The position numbers were made by a program, and so were the translations under genes. This document shows positions 35,363 through 47,879 of a stretch of DNA of 64,000 nucleotides, piece after piece. How positions within the stretch are numbered: position 1 is the first letter of the stretch; the number at the start of each line of letters is the position of its first letter. A model generated the notes under the pieces. That model made no database searches, was not told where the DNA came from, and saw only the letters and a program-made list of their open reading frames with translations. Origin of the DNA: Takakia lepidozioides (taxonomy: Eukaryota > Plantae > Bryophyta); the NCBI GenBank assembly GCA_030704615.1, contig CM060733.1, forward strand, positions 68,200,001 through 68,264,000, read 5' to 3'.

Positions 35363-36819
35363 CGCTAAATGAGGTATGGCTTATGCCCCCACATGCAGGA
35401 AATCAGATGTCATCTGCACCATCCATCATTGATGGTTTGCATAGAATCTTCCATGTCCATGGCAAAGATGTGCCGCCTGACAGGAGCCCTCCCCTCATAA
35501 AGATGATTAACCCTAACCTAGCCCCGCCGTCGCCGCTCCTTAATTCTCGCGCATGGCGGCCGCGTGGCAGATCCTGGGGAGTTGTGCCGCCATGCGTGGC
35601 ATGGCATACCCATGTCGAGCCATCACATGGGTCTGCCTCTCCAGGTGTAAAGGGGAGGCTCCTTGAGTCATTCTCCCTCTCAACTTTTGGACACGGTGAA
35701 GCCCTGCTCAAAAGTTCACCTCCCTATTTAAACAGCTTGAGAGGGAGGAGGAGATTGGGAAGGTTCTGCGATTCAAAGATTTGTGAGATTCCTGCATCAG
35801 CAGCAGTTTGTTAGGGCTTGACAGAGAGGACAAGAGAAGGGAGGAAGGCTTGAGAGGAGCCTTGAGAGAAGGGTGATTGCGATTCCTTCGATTCGTTGAG
35901 GAGGTTGCAATTCTGCAGGTGTTTCGATTCTCAGCAGAATAGCTGCACGTTTGGATAGCTGCGCGATTTTCTATTTCAGTGGTGTTCCGATTCGCTATTT
36001 TGGTTCTCTCTTTTCTTGCGTGTGATCTCTTTGGTGGTATCTCGTGATTGCATTCCCGTCATGGCAGCAAGACCAAGCTCAAGGTATGCAATCTGGCTCT
36101 TTTTTGTACCTTCATATCTCCCCGCAACTCATTGCATTAGGGTATTTTCTCAACGGAGGTCTCCTCTGCTAAAAATTCATTCGAGACCTCCTCTGCTAAA
36201 TCTCAGGGGAGGCCTCCTCTTCAAATTTCCGGGTATGGTCTCCCGTGCTTCAAAGGGGAGGTCTCCCGTGGATATTCTCAGGGGAGGTCTCCCATGCTCA
36301 ATCTGCAGTGACTAATCTCATCGGATAGAAATCTCATGAGAGACCTCCCCTGAGATTTACATCATAGGGTCGAGATGCGTGAGAGAGTTAGTTGTATCCA
36401 TCGGTAAAAAAGGTCACACGGAAAGTTGTTACTGACAGTGATTCACTCCCTTATCATCTATGGTCTCCCGTGGACATTCTCAGGGGTGGTCTCCCGTGCT
36501 TAATCTTCAGTGATTATTCTCACGGGATATAAATGTCACGGGAGACCTGCCTTGAGATTTACATCGAAGGGTTGAAGAGCGTGAGAGAGTCAGTTCTGTC
36601 CATCAGTAAACACGGAAAGGTGTCACTGACATTGATTCACTCCCTTATCATGTTCTTTCTGAAATTGAGAATATGTCAGGAATTAGGCACTACATACGCT
36701 GAATTTCTGTCAGGGTGTCAGCCAAAACGTTGGCCAAGGTGTCATTACCTAGAAGATGAGACGCTGATGTCCGAAATCCAAGCACTTTTCGATGCGGACA
36801 AAATTGAACAAGGGAAATG

Positions 36820-37874
36820 CCTGGGGGGTGCACTCTTTATAAAATGTGCGTATTACGTGCATAAAAAAACCCCCCTGTATATGGGTCCTTGGATAATTTA
36901 TACCCCCTCTGTACATACTTTTTGAAGATTATAAAACATTCTCCTGTAAATATACAGAAATTTTTAATTTTTAAAAAAACACCCCCCTTCTGTATGTATA
37001 TTTTCAATCATTAAAAAATAGCCTCAAATATGTATATGTATGTCTTTATATTATATCAAATACTTTCATTTAAAAACAGACCTCGGCCTGTAGGTCCAAA
37101 TTTTATGAAACCAAGTTGGTGCATCCCTACTCATTGAGGGCTTTCCAACGGGACCAAAACCGTGGCTAGAGGCCCCGCAGTTTGGAAGATCTCAAGGATC
37201 CTACAAACAATATTGTGTTTATGTCATATTTGAAAAAAAACCCAATTTACATTTATGTCCCCGTGCACAAATGACAAATGAAGGGCTAGTCATTGTGCAA
37301 GAAAGCCCACTTTGTTATTTTTCGCGAGTTTCCAATGAACAAAAGTACTTGAAATTTCATATCTCCCACACCGCAAGTCCCAAAATTATGAGACCAAGCC
37401 GGTGCAACCCTCCTCATTGAGGGCTTTCCAATGGTACCAAACACCAGGGCTTCGGCCCCGCGGTTTGGGAGATCTCAACGATGACACAAAACACAACACT
37501 CTGTCTTTCTTCTATATTATTGTTAATCATTACAATCATGTCAAGAATCATGGAGTAGTCTAGTGGTATGGAGGTACTCGTGGTGTGCAGGTGGTCTCGA
37601 ATTCAAATCTGTCCAATGAAATACATGTATTTTTGAAGTTTTCAAAAAACTCAAGATTGCATGGTACTTTGAACCCATGATGAGTGTCATAACAATGCTA
37701 ATCCTTACCACTACACTACCCTCTTAATCATGCTAACCCCTTGCTGTAGACTTATATTTAAGGTATTATTTACCCCCCTATGTATGTATAATGTTGTACA
37801 TGGGGGGGTTTAAAAATATCCCCTCCTGTGCACGCACGTTGCTGGTACAGGTTGGCTGGGGTGCACCCCCCAGG
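36820..37874. mobile_element. Non-autonomous hAT-like MITE
   Basis: Perfect 14-bp TIRs CCTGGGGGGTGCAC/GTGCACCCCCCAGG and an 8-bp TSD GGGAAATG (36812-36819 and 37875-37882). AT-rich interior with an internal duplication of about 100 bp. Confidence 0.9.
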
Positions 37875-38014
37875 GGGAAATGCAGGAAGAACAATACTCC
37901 AGTCAACAATTCTCCAGTCAACAATACTCCAGTCATACCGGTGTCCGCTCCTCCTTCCCAAAAAGAGAAGTTGCCTACGGTCCACTAGAGTACATCTGAG
38001 AAAACCATAACCCA

Positions 38015-38310
38015 CCTGAGTACTTCCCAGAAGATTCACCAGAATACCCATATGCCGAGTACATCCAAGCAGATTCACCGGAGTACACCCCTGCCGAGTA
38101 CATCCCAGCAGATTCACCGGAATACACCCCTGCCGAGTACATCCCAGCAGATTCACCGGAATACACCCCTGCCGAGTACATCCCAGCAGATTCACCGGAA
38201 TACACCCCTGCCCGAATACATCCCAGAGATTCACCGGAATACACCCCTGCCGATTCACCGGAATACACCCCTGCCGATTACATCCCAGCAGATTCACCAG
38301 TATACATCCC
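38015..38310 (+). repeat. 39-bp coding tandem repeat (PSTSQQIHRNTPL), about 7 copies
   Basis: Units of GCCGAGTACATCCCAGCAGATTCACCGGAATACACCCCT. Confidence 0.9.
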
Positions 38311-41300
38311 TGCAGAGCACACGTACACACCAGGAGGGTATATTGAGAAACAAGATTTAGTAGAGTTTGTAGATATTCCCGGATCACATTCCCTGAGTGC
38401 AGTTGAAACCGACGAAATCTCGAAGATATTCCCTGATTGGGTTTCGGACAGCGACTCTTGGAGTCCTGGATATATTCCAGCGATACCCCGAAGGGATCCT
38501 AAGCAGGATAACCTGAGAGCAGAGATCCGCACAACATATCAGAACCGGCTAGATAGCCCAATGCATTGTGGTGTGACCATAGGGCAATTTCTTGACGTAG
38601 ATTCTAGCAAACCATAGATGGTAGGTGTAGCTTATCACGGGAGGTCTCCCGTCTAGTACCTGAAGCACCCCCGCGTTTTCGATTTAAAAAGTACTTACTA
38701 TTTCTATTCTCGTTCCGAACCCTCCAAGTTGTTGTTTATGTGCTGTGTTGATCACGGGAGATCTCCCGTCCTTTTATTGTGGTATCGCATTTGTCATATT
38801 GACAATGTGATTTATCTATTTTGGTGGTCTTATTCTTGGATGATCACGGGAGATCTCCCATCCCCGAATTGAGACATACCTCCATACGGTTCTGAAAGAC
38901 CGTTCTGTTGGTTGTTTTTTGGTGTTTATATTAACGGGGTGTTCTTATGTTGATTGTGCTGCCAGAACATAGATTCCAAAGGAATCAATCGTTGTGATGA
39001 GTGCTGACATTGTCGATTCCTTCATATACCCACACCTTGAAGGATTCACAATAAATTATCAGGGCTCCTACGAGCTAAAGAGGAGTATCGACTACTGGGG
39101 TATCGACGTTGCGGACTCCCCAAGCCCAGAGAAAGCTGTCTTCTATTGCCAAATCGGTGCGGAAAAGAAAACACTTATGTGCTGTAATGTGGTGGGAATT
39201 GAAACGGAGGACTCGGTGAGGGATAACAGAGTTACCCTTGCTATGTTCATCCGCGAGAACGGCCGGAAAAGGGAGAAGGTATTTGGGTTCTCCGTTGATG
39301 CCATGAGTCTGAGTAGTGATCTGATGGGATTCGCGATTCGGTTGGGATTCAGGGTCCCTGTTGTTGAAGACGACTTGGAGATGGAAATCCTCAAGAGCTG
39401 GGAATACCTTGACGGAATTCTCTACAATAATGCCAAGGAGAGACAACAATTGGAGGTACAGCGACCCCAATCGGAGCAAAAGCAGTTGGAGGAAACGAAG
39501 AAAAAAACGAAAAAAAAACAAGAAAGCCAAAAGAAGGAAATGGAGATGATGACAAAGAAGAGGGGGGGAAGAAAACGACAAAAGACCATCGATATCGTGA
39601 GTAGCCAAGAAAAGAGGCACCTGAAGACTGACGAGATTTTCGACCTGGATGAGGCGAAGAAGGTCGAGAAGACTCTCATCAAGCAATACCAGGATATATT
39701 CCCGTTTGGATTTGACTACGTCCAGGAAGTGGACATCAACCGCTGTTTTCTGGCCCCACAACATATGGTATATCGACCACTCTGTGATAAGCACAAGCTG
39801 GAGATAAATTCAAGGCTAGTTGCGTACAATCTAATTGATTCGAAAATGCCTGTTTATTTGTTGCCACGACACGAGACAGAGCCCACGAAGGTGTGGAGCA
39901 GGAAGCCCGTCAATGAGCGCGAACTACAGAAGGCAACACATTTTATTATCGGAGGCCAACACACATTGATGGCAGCCCAGGTCAGGGGAGGTCTCCAGTG
40001 CTAACTCACCTTCGCGAAATTCTACTTACTATTTTACCACTTACTATCAATTGTCCGTTGTCTCTCTTCAAATGCTAATCAACTGAAGTGTGATGATTGC
40101 AGGAGCTTGTGGGGGATCCGACACTGAGTAATGATGTGCTGATAAAATCGCTACGTACATGGCCTGCTAAGATAGTGTACTTGACGGATGAGCTTGACTG
40201 GTGACTATCTCCAAGGTTCTGAACAAGCCGAATAATCTTTAGGAACCGTCTTTCTATGAGAAGGTCCGTCACTGCAGAAAATATTACAATTACAAGGAAC
40301 GGCCTCAGAAGTATGATGAGCATCGTCGGGTCGAGACTCAGCAGTGGTAGGTGAGTGTGACCATGGGAGGTCTCCCGTCCTTTTTTTCCATTCATCTATC
40401 ACTGCAGCGATGCAATGGATGTCTACATTATAGTTTATCGCTATCCAATTTCTTCGCCAACACACCAGCAACCACATTCGTTGTCCCAACACCTTCTCTT
40501 CCATTGAGATGTGTTCTGCTTTGTTTTGCGGTGCTTCTCTCTTTCTCCAATCTGGTGACATTCTCGATCTGGAAGAGATCCACACACGTGTATAGAAATC
40601 CTTAATAATCCAAATGACCATCAAAATTTGAAGTTAGGGATGAGGCTTCATGATATGATGGTATCTTGGTTATTTAAGGGTTTCTATACACAAGTGTGAC
40701 TCTGTTCTAGGTCGAGAATGTCTCCAAATGGAGGACAAGGAGAAGCACCGCAATACAAAGCAAGAGACACTCCAAAAATAGTGACCAATCCTCTTGGTTG
40801 GTTTAAATCAGCAGTTGAAGGTGTTGGGAGGAAGTTAGCTGGAAGTGTTTGAAGTGCTTAGAAGTCAGCCAGAAGTGTTGGCTGAATGTGAAAGTTAGCA
40901 AGGGAGACCTCCCGTGGTAGTTTACTACACTTGCCGGTATGTGCAGGATTTCATGGTCGGAGCTCAAACCATTCTGGATGTGAAAAGCGACAAGGAGGCA
41001 ATGCCACTCAAGTGTTCACCTCCGATCAGACCTGGAATTACTGGACAAGAGTGTTCATAAGAGGGGAGAAGGGCGAGCTCATTGACCCCAAAGGGAATAT
41101 CCCCATGAAGGAGCAGCCAGCGCTCAAAAAATCTAGCGTTGCTCGACTGCAGGGTTTGGACGACAGCCAGATTTGGAAGGTTGCCGCCATGTTACTCAAG
41201 AACAAAGTGTCGATGCGTCGTCCATACACTGGGCCTGACCCCGATGTTTTGAGTCTCGAGGATTATTGCAAATACAAGAAGTTGAGGAGGCACATTATTG

Positions 41301-42289
41301 ATGATACATGGTTGGTTTTGGATTTAAGGAGCCGACGAAGGACAACCGACATCCATACACAAAGGCTGAGTGGACCACCATCAAACATAAGTACGAAATC
41401 AACAAGGCCCAGTTTGTGCAGTTTAAGAATGCTCTCGGGAACCCCTACCTTAACGCGAAAATGAAGGTAATGACGGGAAAGCATAAACAACCACTCCAAT
41501 TTCTGAATTTAATTCAAGCCGTGAAAACGCTTGCGGAGACTCCCCGAGATTCGCTGGATAGATTTTACAATGTGTGCGAGATTGGAAACAAGGCTCAGGA
41601 GATTGGGACGGTGACAATGTTCGCCACAAAAGCATTTGAAGTTGTTTCGTTCATCATGATCAGCACATTGAATGAGCATCCACACAAGATCGAGCCTTGG
41701 ACGGAGAATGAGTTCGCCAACCTCTTCAATGGCATGAGGTCAAGAAAAATCAGGACCAACGTATTTTGTGTCATCACCGATACTGATAGCTCTCGTGAGC
41801 TGATAGCGTACATTCAATCCTCAAAGGGGAAATTCCTTATAGAGAAAAGCTTCTACATTCCATCGAAAAGGGAGATTTTTTTCAAGGCAATTTTGAGATT
41901 CCAGTCATTCATTTCCATTTCATTTTTCCGATGGCAGAGGCGGAGTGGGATGACGTGGACGAGGTCGTGCGGAGGAGCATCACAGCCGACGATCGATACA
42001 TCCCAAGAGTGCTACGTACAGAGGCGGAAGAATCTGAAAATCCTCTGCAAAGTCGCTACTACAATAATGACATCCGATCATCGGCCATCAACCGGGTCGT
42101 TGAGACCTTCTGTTCGGAGGGCTCTTCCGTTGTCAATGTGTATTGTGGCGGGATTGTCACATATGGTAAGAAGGTACAAACTCAACTCATAATTTTACTT
42201 CTTGTAAACCCCATTATTACCGTGCTAGGGACAGTAACAGATGATATAGGGAGATCTCCCGTCATGCATTGACGGGAGATCTCCCTTAG

Positions 42290-45200
42290 ACAAGAGGGAG
42301 GTAGTTCAGATGAGGTGGAGGGCACTAGCGGGGCAACAAAAGACAAAGGAGAGGTAGTTCAGAAGAGCGTGGACGAGGTAAAGACCTCGGGTCCCCGCAA
42401 CCCTGATTTGCCAAAGATGGTGGTGCCCCCCTTAGAGACCAATAAGGTCGCTGACCCCATTGGTGAGTATTGGGATGCCATGACAAATCAGGCCTTCGAC
42501 TTGGCGGCGAGGTGGTTCCCTTGGCATGTTGATTGGCCACGCCAATCACATCGCCATAGGCGAGCATTCGTGCAAGCACTTGAGGGCCAATTTCCGGGTG
42601 AGCGGAATGAGGGGAAGCTCTTGGAGCTGGTGGGAAAGAACCTCAAGGACAAGAGGTACCGTATGCGTAGGAAGTCACCATATTTTCCAAACGATTTTTC
42701 GTCCTCCTTCGACGGGAGACCTCCGTTCCTTCTTTGACCAGGTTCATATGTGTCTTTCACTGTATCTAGTTCGTAGAATTTGGATCATGTTGAAACCTTC
42801 TCCCTTCCAGTCTATTGACCATTCAAGTATTTCAAGATGAACCTCGAGCAGGACTTGGCTGGCACGACACGCTACAGATACCCAAGTGATTAGTAACATA
42901 CATGACGGGACATTTGGAGTGCAGCCAAATACTTACAGAGGGTGACACAAGTCTTTACATTACACACTGGCGATGTAATCTAAAATCTTGTGTGGCTTGT
43001 CACTGCTAAGAAAGATGATGGGTTGAAAGTTTTAGTTGGTAGAAGTCCAGTGAACATTCTTTTGACCATTCATTTGAACAATCATTTGAGATGAACCTCG
43101 CGCAAGACTACTGTCTCACAAACACTACTGATACCCACATGATTAGCTACATTCATTGCAGGACTTCTCTGAATGCGTCCGTATTCTTACAAAGTGATAC
43201 AAAAGACTTTAGTTAACACACTGGCGATGTTATCTAACATCTTGGGTATCACTTTGTAACTATGGCCATGCACATGTAGGAATGTCTTTGCTATGAATGC
43301 TCTATCCTTGATTCAAATGATGATGGATTGAAAGTGTTTGCTGGCAGATGTGGATTGACGGGAGATCTCCCGGCTTTACTATGCCGGGAGACCTCCCGTT
43401 GTTGCTTTCCTAGAAGATATCCCATCTCTCTTTGACTGCCAAGAGATCTCTCCGTCTTTACTATTCAGGGAGACCTCCCGTTGTTGCTTTCCCGAAAGAT
43501 ATCCCGTCTCTCTTTGACGGGAGGTCTCCCGTGCTCGTAATGACCATTCATTTCTGCCTGTTTAAGATTACCAGTCTGACACAAAATACTATTAATAGCT
43601 CAGGTGATTAACCATTATGATTAATTGGTTTTCAAGAGTGCATGATCAAACTTACCATGTAAACCACAAGACTTTGTGTAACATTGGCAATGTTATATAA
43701 GATCTTGTGGTTTACTTGATATGTATGGCAAGCCAGAATCTTGAAGTAATTCCCAGACTGATTCATTGATGATGGGTTGAATTTGTGTGCTGGCAGATTT
43801 CATTGACGGGAGACCTTCCGTCCTCCCTTTCACCATCCTTATTTGAGTCTTACGATAGATGTCCGGCGAGGTGCACTACCCAGATGATTAGCCAGATTCA
43901 TTCTGAGTGCATGAGCATTCCTACAATGTGATACACAAGACTTTAGGTAAAAAAATGGCGATGTTATCTAAGATCTTGTGGATCAATTTGTGGGCATGGC
44001 CATGCTAAGTCTCTGATAATGAGTCCTCTGGTATTGCTTTGAATGATGGGTTTAATGTGTGAGATGGAATGTATGTACGTACATATGTGAGATGAAATAG
44101 TTTACAAGGATGTTGTTCCGAATTATATTGGATTTTTGTTTACGTCCTAAGGCGGGAGACCTCCTGTCCTCCATTGCCAATTCCCAAGTGATTAGTAGCA
44201 GGCACGACACACTACAGATACATAAGTGATTAGTAACATTCATCACGGGACAGCAGCCAAATAGTTATAGAGGGTCACACAATTCTTTATATTACACACT
44301 GGCGATGTAATCTAAAATCTTGTGTGGCCTTCATGTAATTTTGGCCATGCACAAGCCTGAAATGTGTTTGCTCTGTCAATGCATAAAATTATGATGGGTT
44401 GAAAGTGTGAGATTTCGGAAGTTCCGATTTATTCTTATTAGATTACATCGTACGACGGGAGATCTCCCATCGTCCTTCGACGGGAGGCATCCCGTCCTCC
44501 TTTGACCATTCCCATATGTGTGTGGGTCTGTCCAGTTACTGAATGGTACTAACCGGTTTATTTTTTATCCATCAGGAATCGAACTGTAGGGTGTTGGAAG
44601 TAATGCACCCTGGTCGTATGGTCTCAACAAGAGCCTCTGCTGAGAAATCCTTCAACATTATCAGACTGTTTCGTACAAAGGTTTCCACCGAAGAGGTGCA
44701 ATCCTCCTCGGAGTCTGAGGGCAATGGCGAGGGATCTGCTGGGGGTGAGGGAGGAGTCTTCACCAACACACGCTCGTTCTGAAAGAAATCAAGGTCGCCA
44801 GGAGAGGTCACAAATATCCCGCGACACCAACTCTCAAAAGGATTTACTAACGCAACCAGATCCAGCCGGAAATAGACCTGTTCACTTGGAGGATGATGAA
44901 GATGATAGTGAGACTGAATCCAACGGCGTCCAGCAGAGCCCAATGTTTCAGAACCCATTTATCCAGCATTCGACTGGAGTGCATGTACGCGACGTAGAGT
45001 CAGAAAATATTTCGCCAGACGGGCAAGCCAGAGGCCGGTGGACGATGGGCGGTACGCTTCAGTTCTCCCCGGAACCAATATCCTCAAGGCCCCCAAATAT
45101 CTCAACTCGCCAGCTGTATAATCCTCATATCGATGCAAGAGTGCGTGTCAACGCGGGCATGCACAGGGAGATTATTAATATTGATGAAGACGAAGTGGTC

Positions 45201-45986
45201 AACAGGGTTGAGTCAGTATTTCATTCTGGAGGGCCAACGAATGCCTCCATTGACTTTACTTCCCAAGTCCAATATACCGGTGGGGATAGGCTTCTTGCAA
45301 TGTCGGAGTTTTCTGAGTTGACACCCAGCCAAGTGGACCTCGTTATTTCCGCAAACCTTATCACGGAAGGTCTCCCCTTCCCCAGGGCTCGGCGGGCGGC
45401 ATTGCAACCATGCTTGTCGTCATCTCTTGGGGGAATACCAGTCCCCAGAGTCACTCCAACTTTTTTACGACCACAAGACCTCCCCGTAACGGAGGACATC
45501 ACATCTGCAAGAACCACACCACACGCCAAACAAGACGATGCATATTTGCAGCAATCACAGCTGTCTACAGTGGAGAACCTCACCCAGACGCAGACCCAGA
45601 CAAGGACAATTGAAACAGAGCTTCCCACACCACAGCTACTTCATGGTGTTAGCAATACAAAGCTCATTGTAACTCCTGCCAATCCGCTGCCAGCACAATT
45701 CCCCATAACCGAGGACATCACATCTGCTGGAAACACACAAGATCTCGTTCTAAACCCTGACACTTTAAGGCAATCACAGCTGTCCACCATCGACAACATC
45801 CCACAGACGCAGACATTGGAAACGGAGCTCCCTACTGGTGTTAGCATGCCCACCATCGAAGGAATGCTCTCGGATGGTGTTGTTGATGGGTTGACGGCAA
45901 TTGTTGACGGCTATTGTACCCCTTCGACCGTTGGATTGTCTCCGGAGGAGGTTGCATCAGGATGCTGTGGAAGTTTCTACTATTAA
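42290..45986 (+). pseudogene. Accessory gene of unit P2 (exon resembling En/Spm-Ptta accessory proteins, then a low-complexity S/T/P-rich exon)
   Basis: WFPWHVDWPRQ..FVQALEGQFPG..LVGKNLKDKRYRMR at 42315-42670, then a repeat-filled intron and a 420-aa ORF at 44724-45986. Confidence 0.4.
42820..44410 (+). repeat. About 5 diverged units of 250-350 bp
   Basis: Recurrent AGTGATTAG..CACTGGCGATGT(A/T)ATCTAA..TCTTGTG..ATGATGGGTTGAAAGT near 42880, 43130, 43600, 43880 and 44220. Confidence 0.75.
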
Positions 45987-47879
45987 ATCCTCTCCATCAA
46001 GGGTGGGCACGGAGGTCTCCCGTCCTCTTCTTTTGGGAATACCTCAGCATCAGGGCAGTTGAACATTAATGAGGATCGGGTTGAGGACTTTGGAGAGAAT
46101 GATATCACCGCTGCTGCAGAGGCAGTTTGGATATTGTAGATAATGTACATTGACAATGACGCTATTCTCTAAGAGCAAATTATGAATACAAATGGTTCAT
46201 TATTTTTTATTCATTTCATGTCAGAGCGATGGACATCATGGCTGTGTTCTGTGTTCTCTGTGTACTCTTTGTTCGGTTTTGGAATTCATTACTCATGTCG
46301 TTATGAGAGGTATCACCACGGGAGATCTCCCCTACCTGACTATGTGCATGTTTTGGTTTTCGTCATCACACCCCTCAGACTCTTGTAGACTAGAGAGCGT
46401 GAGTAAGAACGGGAGACCTCCCGTCCTCTGTGCCTTTCTATGTGTGCTTGTTCCTGTCAGACCCCTCATTCACCTATGACTTTGGGGGGTTGTTGTAACT
46501 TGTGCATGTTTCCCCCTCACTTTAATCTGACTACTGCTGATGTGTATCGCTTGGGAGGGGAGACCTCCCGTCTGTCCTAGTCCGCATGTGTTTTGTGCGT
46601 GGAGATATGACTTGCATGAATGAGACATAATTGGAACGGCCATGCCACCTGGGAATCCGAAAGGTGGTTCTTATTTTATGGATGACACTGTTGAGGAACC
46701 GGTCTAAGACTCGAGCACGATGATAAATAGATATAGACAGTTCTGTCGAAGGGCTGATGCAGCGGAGCCGAATTGTTCAAATGAATTGGCGTATACAGTG
46801 ACGTTCAAGAGAGTCGAAGACTATGGTTTTGGGTCCTATGGATGGTGATGATTGATTAGTGCCCATAGCCAGGGACCTCAATGGCTGTACAAATTTGGTT
46901 TGGTTATGCTCTAATAAATTACTCTGGACATTTTGGGACGTATCTCGACGGGATATCTTTCTATCTTACTATGTTCTAATCATAGATCGGGAGATCTCCC
47001 TTGCCTCAGTGGAGATGTCGAACTTGGGACAACAGTCATAATTCTCCTGTACTTCTGGAGTGACAATGTTTGACATTTTTTTGTAGGCTAATATTAAAAA
47101 ACTGCAGCAATTGTGATGGACAGGAGGTCTCCCGTGCTGCCCGTGAAACTGTACAAAACTAGGATTTCAACTCAGATTAGGGATGTGATCAGGGTATGGA
47201 TTCTCTGGGAACAACAATATTTACTAAACATCTACAATAAACTTAATAAAATCATTTAAATCTGTTTTCATAGTGAATTGTTATTCAATTTAAATAAATA
47301 AATCGATATATATGTTATTCCTGGACTTTGAAAAGTCTAGATCTACTTAAAATCAAGTTTTAAGTACGTGGCCCACTCCAGAAAAGGGGCAGTAGCCGCA
47401 AGGCGAAGTGGCTCTTAGTTATGCCGGCCTCAACCGGAATCTTCTCTTTCAAAACAAAACAAATTCATTTGCCCCCCAAGGACAAGTTCACTCTGTCATC
47501 CAATTTTGTTCATTGTAAGAAAAAATCCTCTCATGGGTGAACGACTATTGCACCTATGAACGGATGTGGTTCAAGCTCAAACTTTTGCCCGCATATGCTT
47601 GAACATATGTGTAATACATGTGCAAAGTTTCAATAGAAAAAAAATAAAAATTGTCCCAACGACGCACTAACTCCTCAACCAATTTTGAATTAAATCGAAT
47701 TTTAATGAATTTTAAATACAAAATTGGATTTAGAATAACTATGATTGCAGTTTTTTGCTGCATAATGATTTTGTTTTTGGCTCAATTTTGTTTTGTGAAT
47801 TCAAACCCCACACTACTACATCCATGCAAAAATTCGGACCAAACAAAAATAAAAAATAAAAAAATAAAAAATATCTTGG

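Larger units (their letters stand above)
36714..42166 (+). pseudogene. Multi-exon ParB-like + degenerate MTase-like gene (P2)
   Basis: VDINRCFLAP..VYRPL..PVYLLP..HFIIGGQHTLMAA (ParB/Srx-like); C-terminal IRSSAINRVVETFCSEGSSVVNVYCGG (motif X-I-like). Introns at about 39981-40102 and 40351-40947. Disrupted by the MITE, stops and frameshifts. The link to the 5' exons is inferred. Confidence 0.6.
34605..47136. repeat. Dispersed motif P2 (GGGAG-NN-CTCCC core), more than 30 copies
   Basis: Examples at 36235-36550, 38636, 38753, 38845, 39985, 40363, 40901, 42248-42285, 42712, 43357-43533, 43806, 44152, 44455, 46008, 46317, 46409, 46557, 46987 and 47120. Confidence 0.9.

Noticed and set aside
36812-36820. 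GGGAAATGC as a P1 half-site within P2
   Set aside because: It is the MITE target site in coding sequence and has no second arm.
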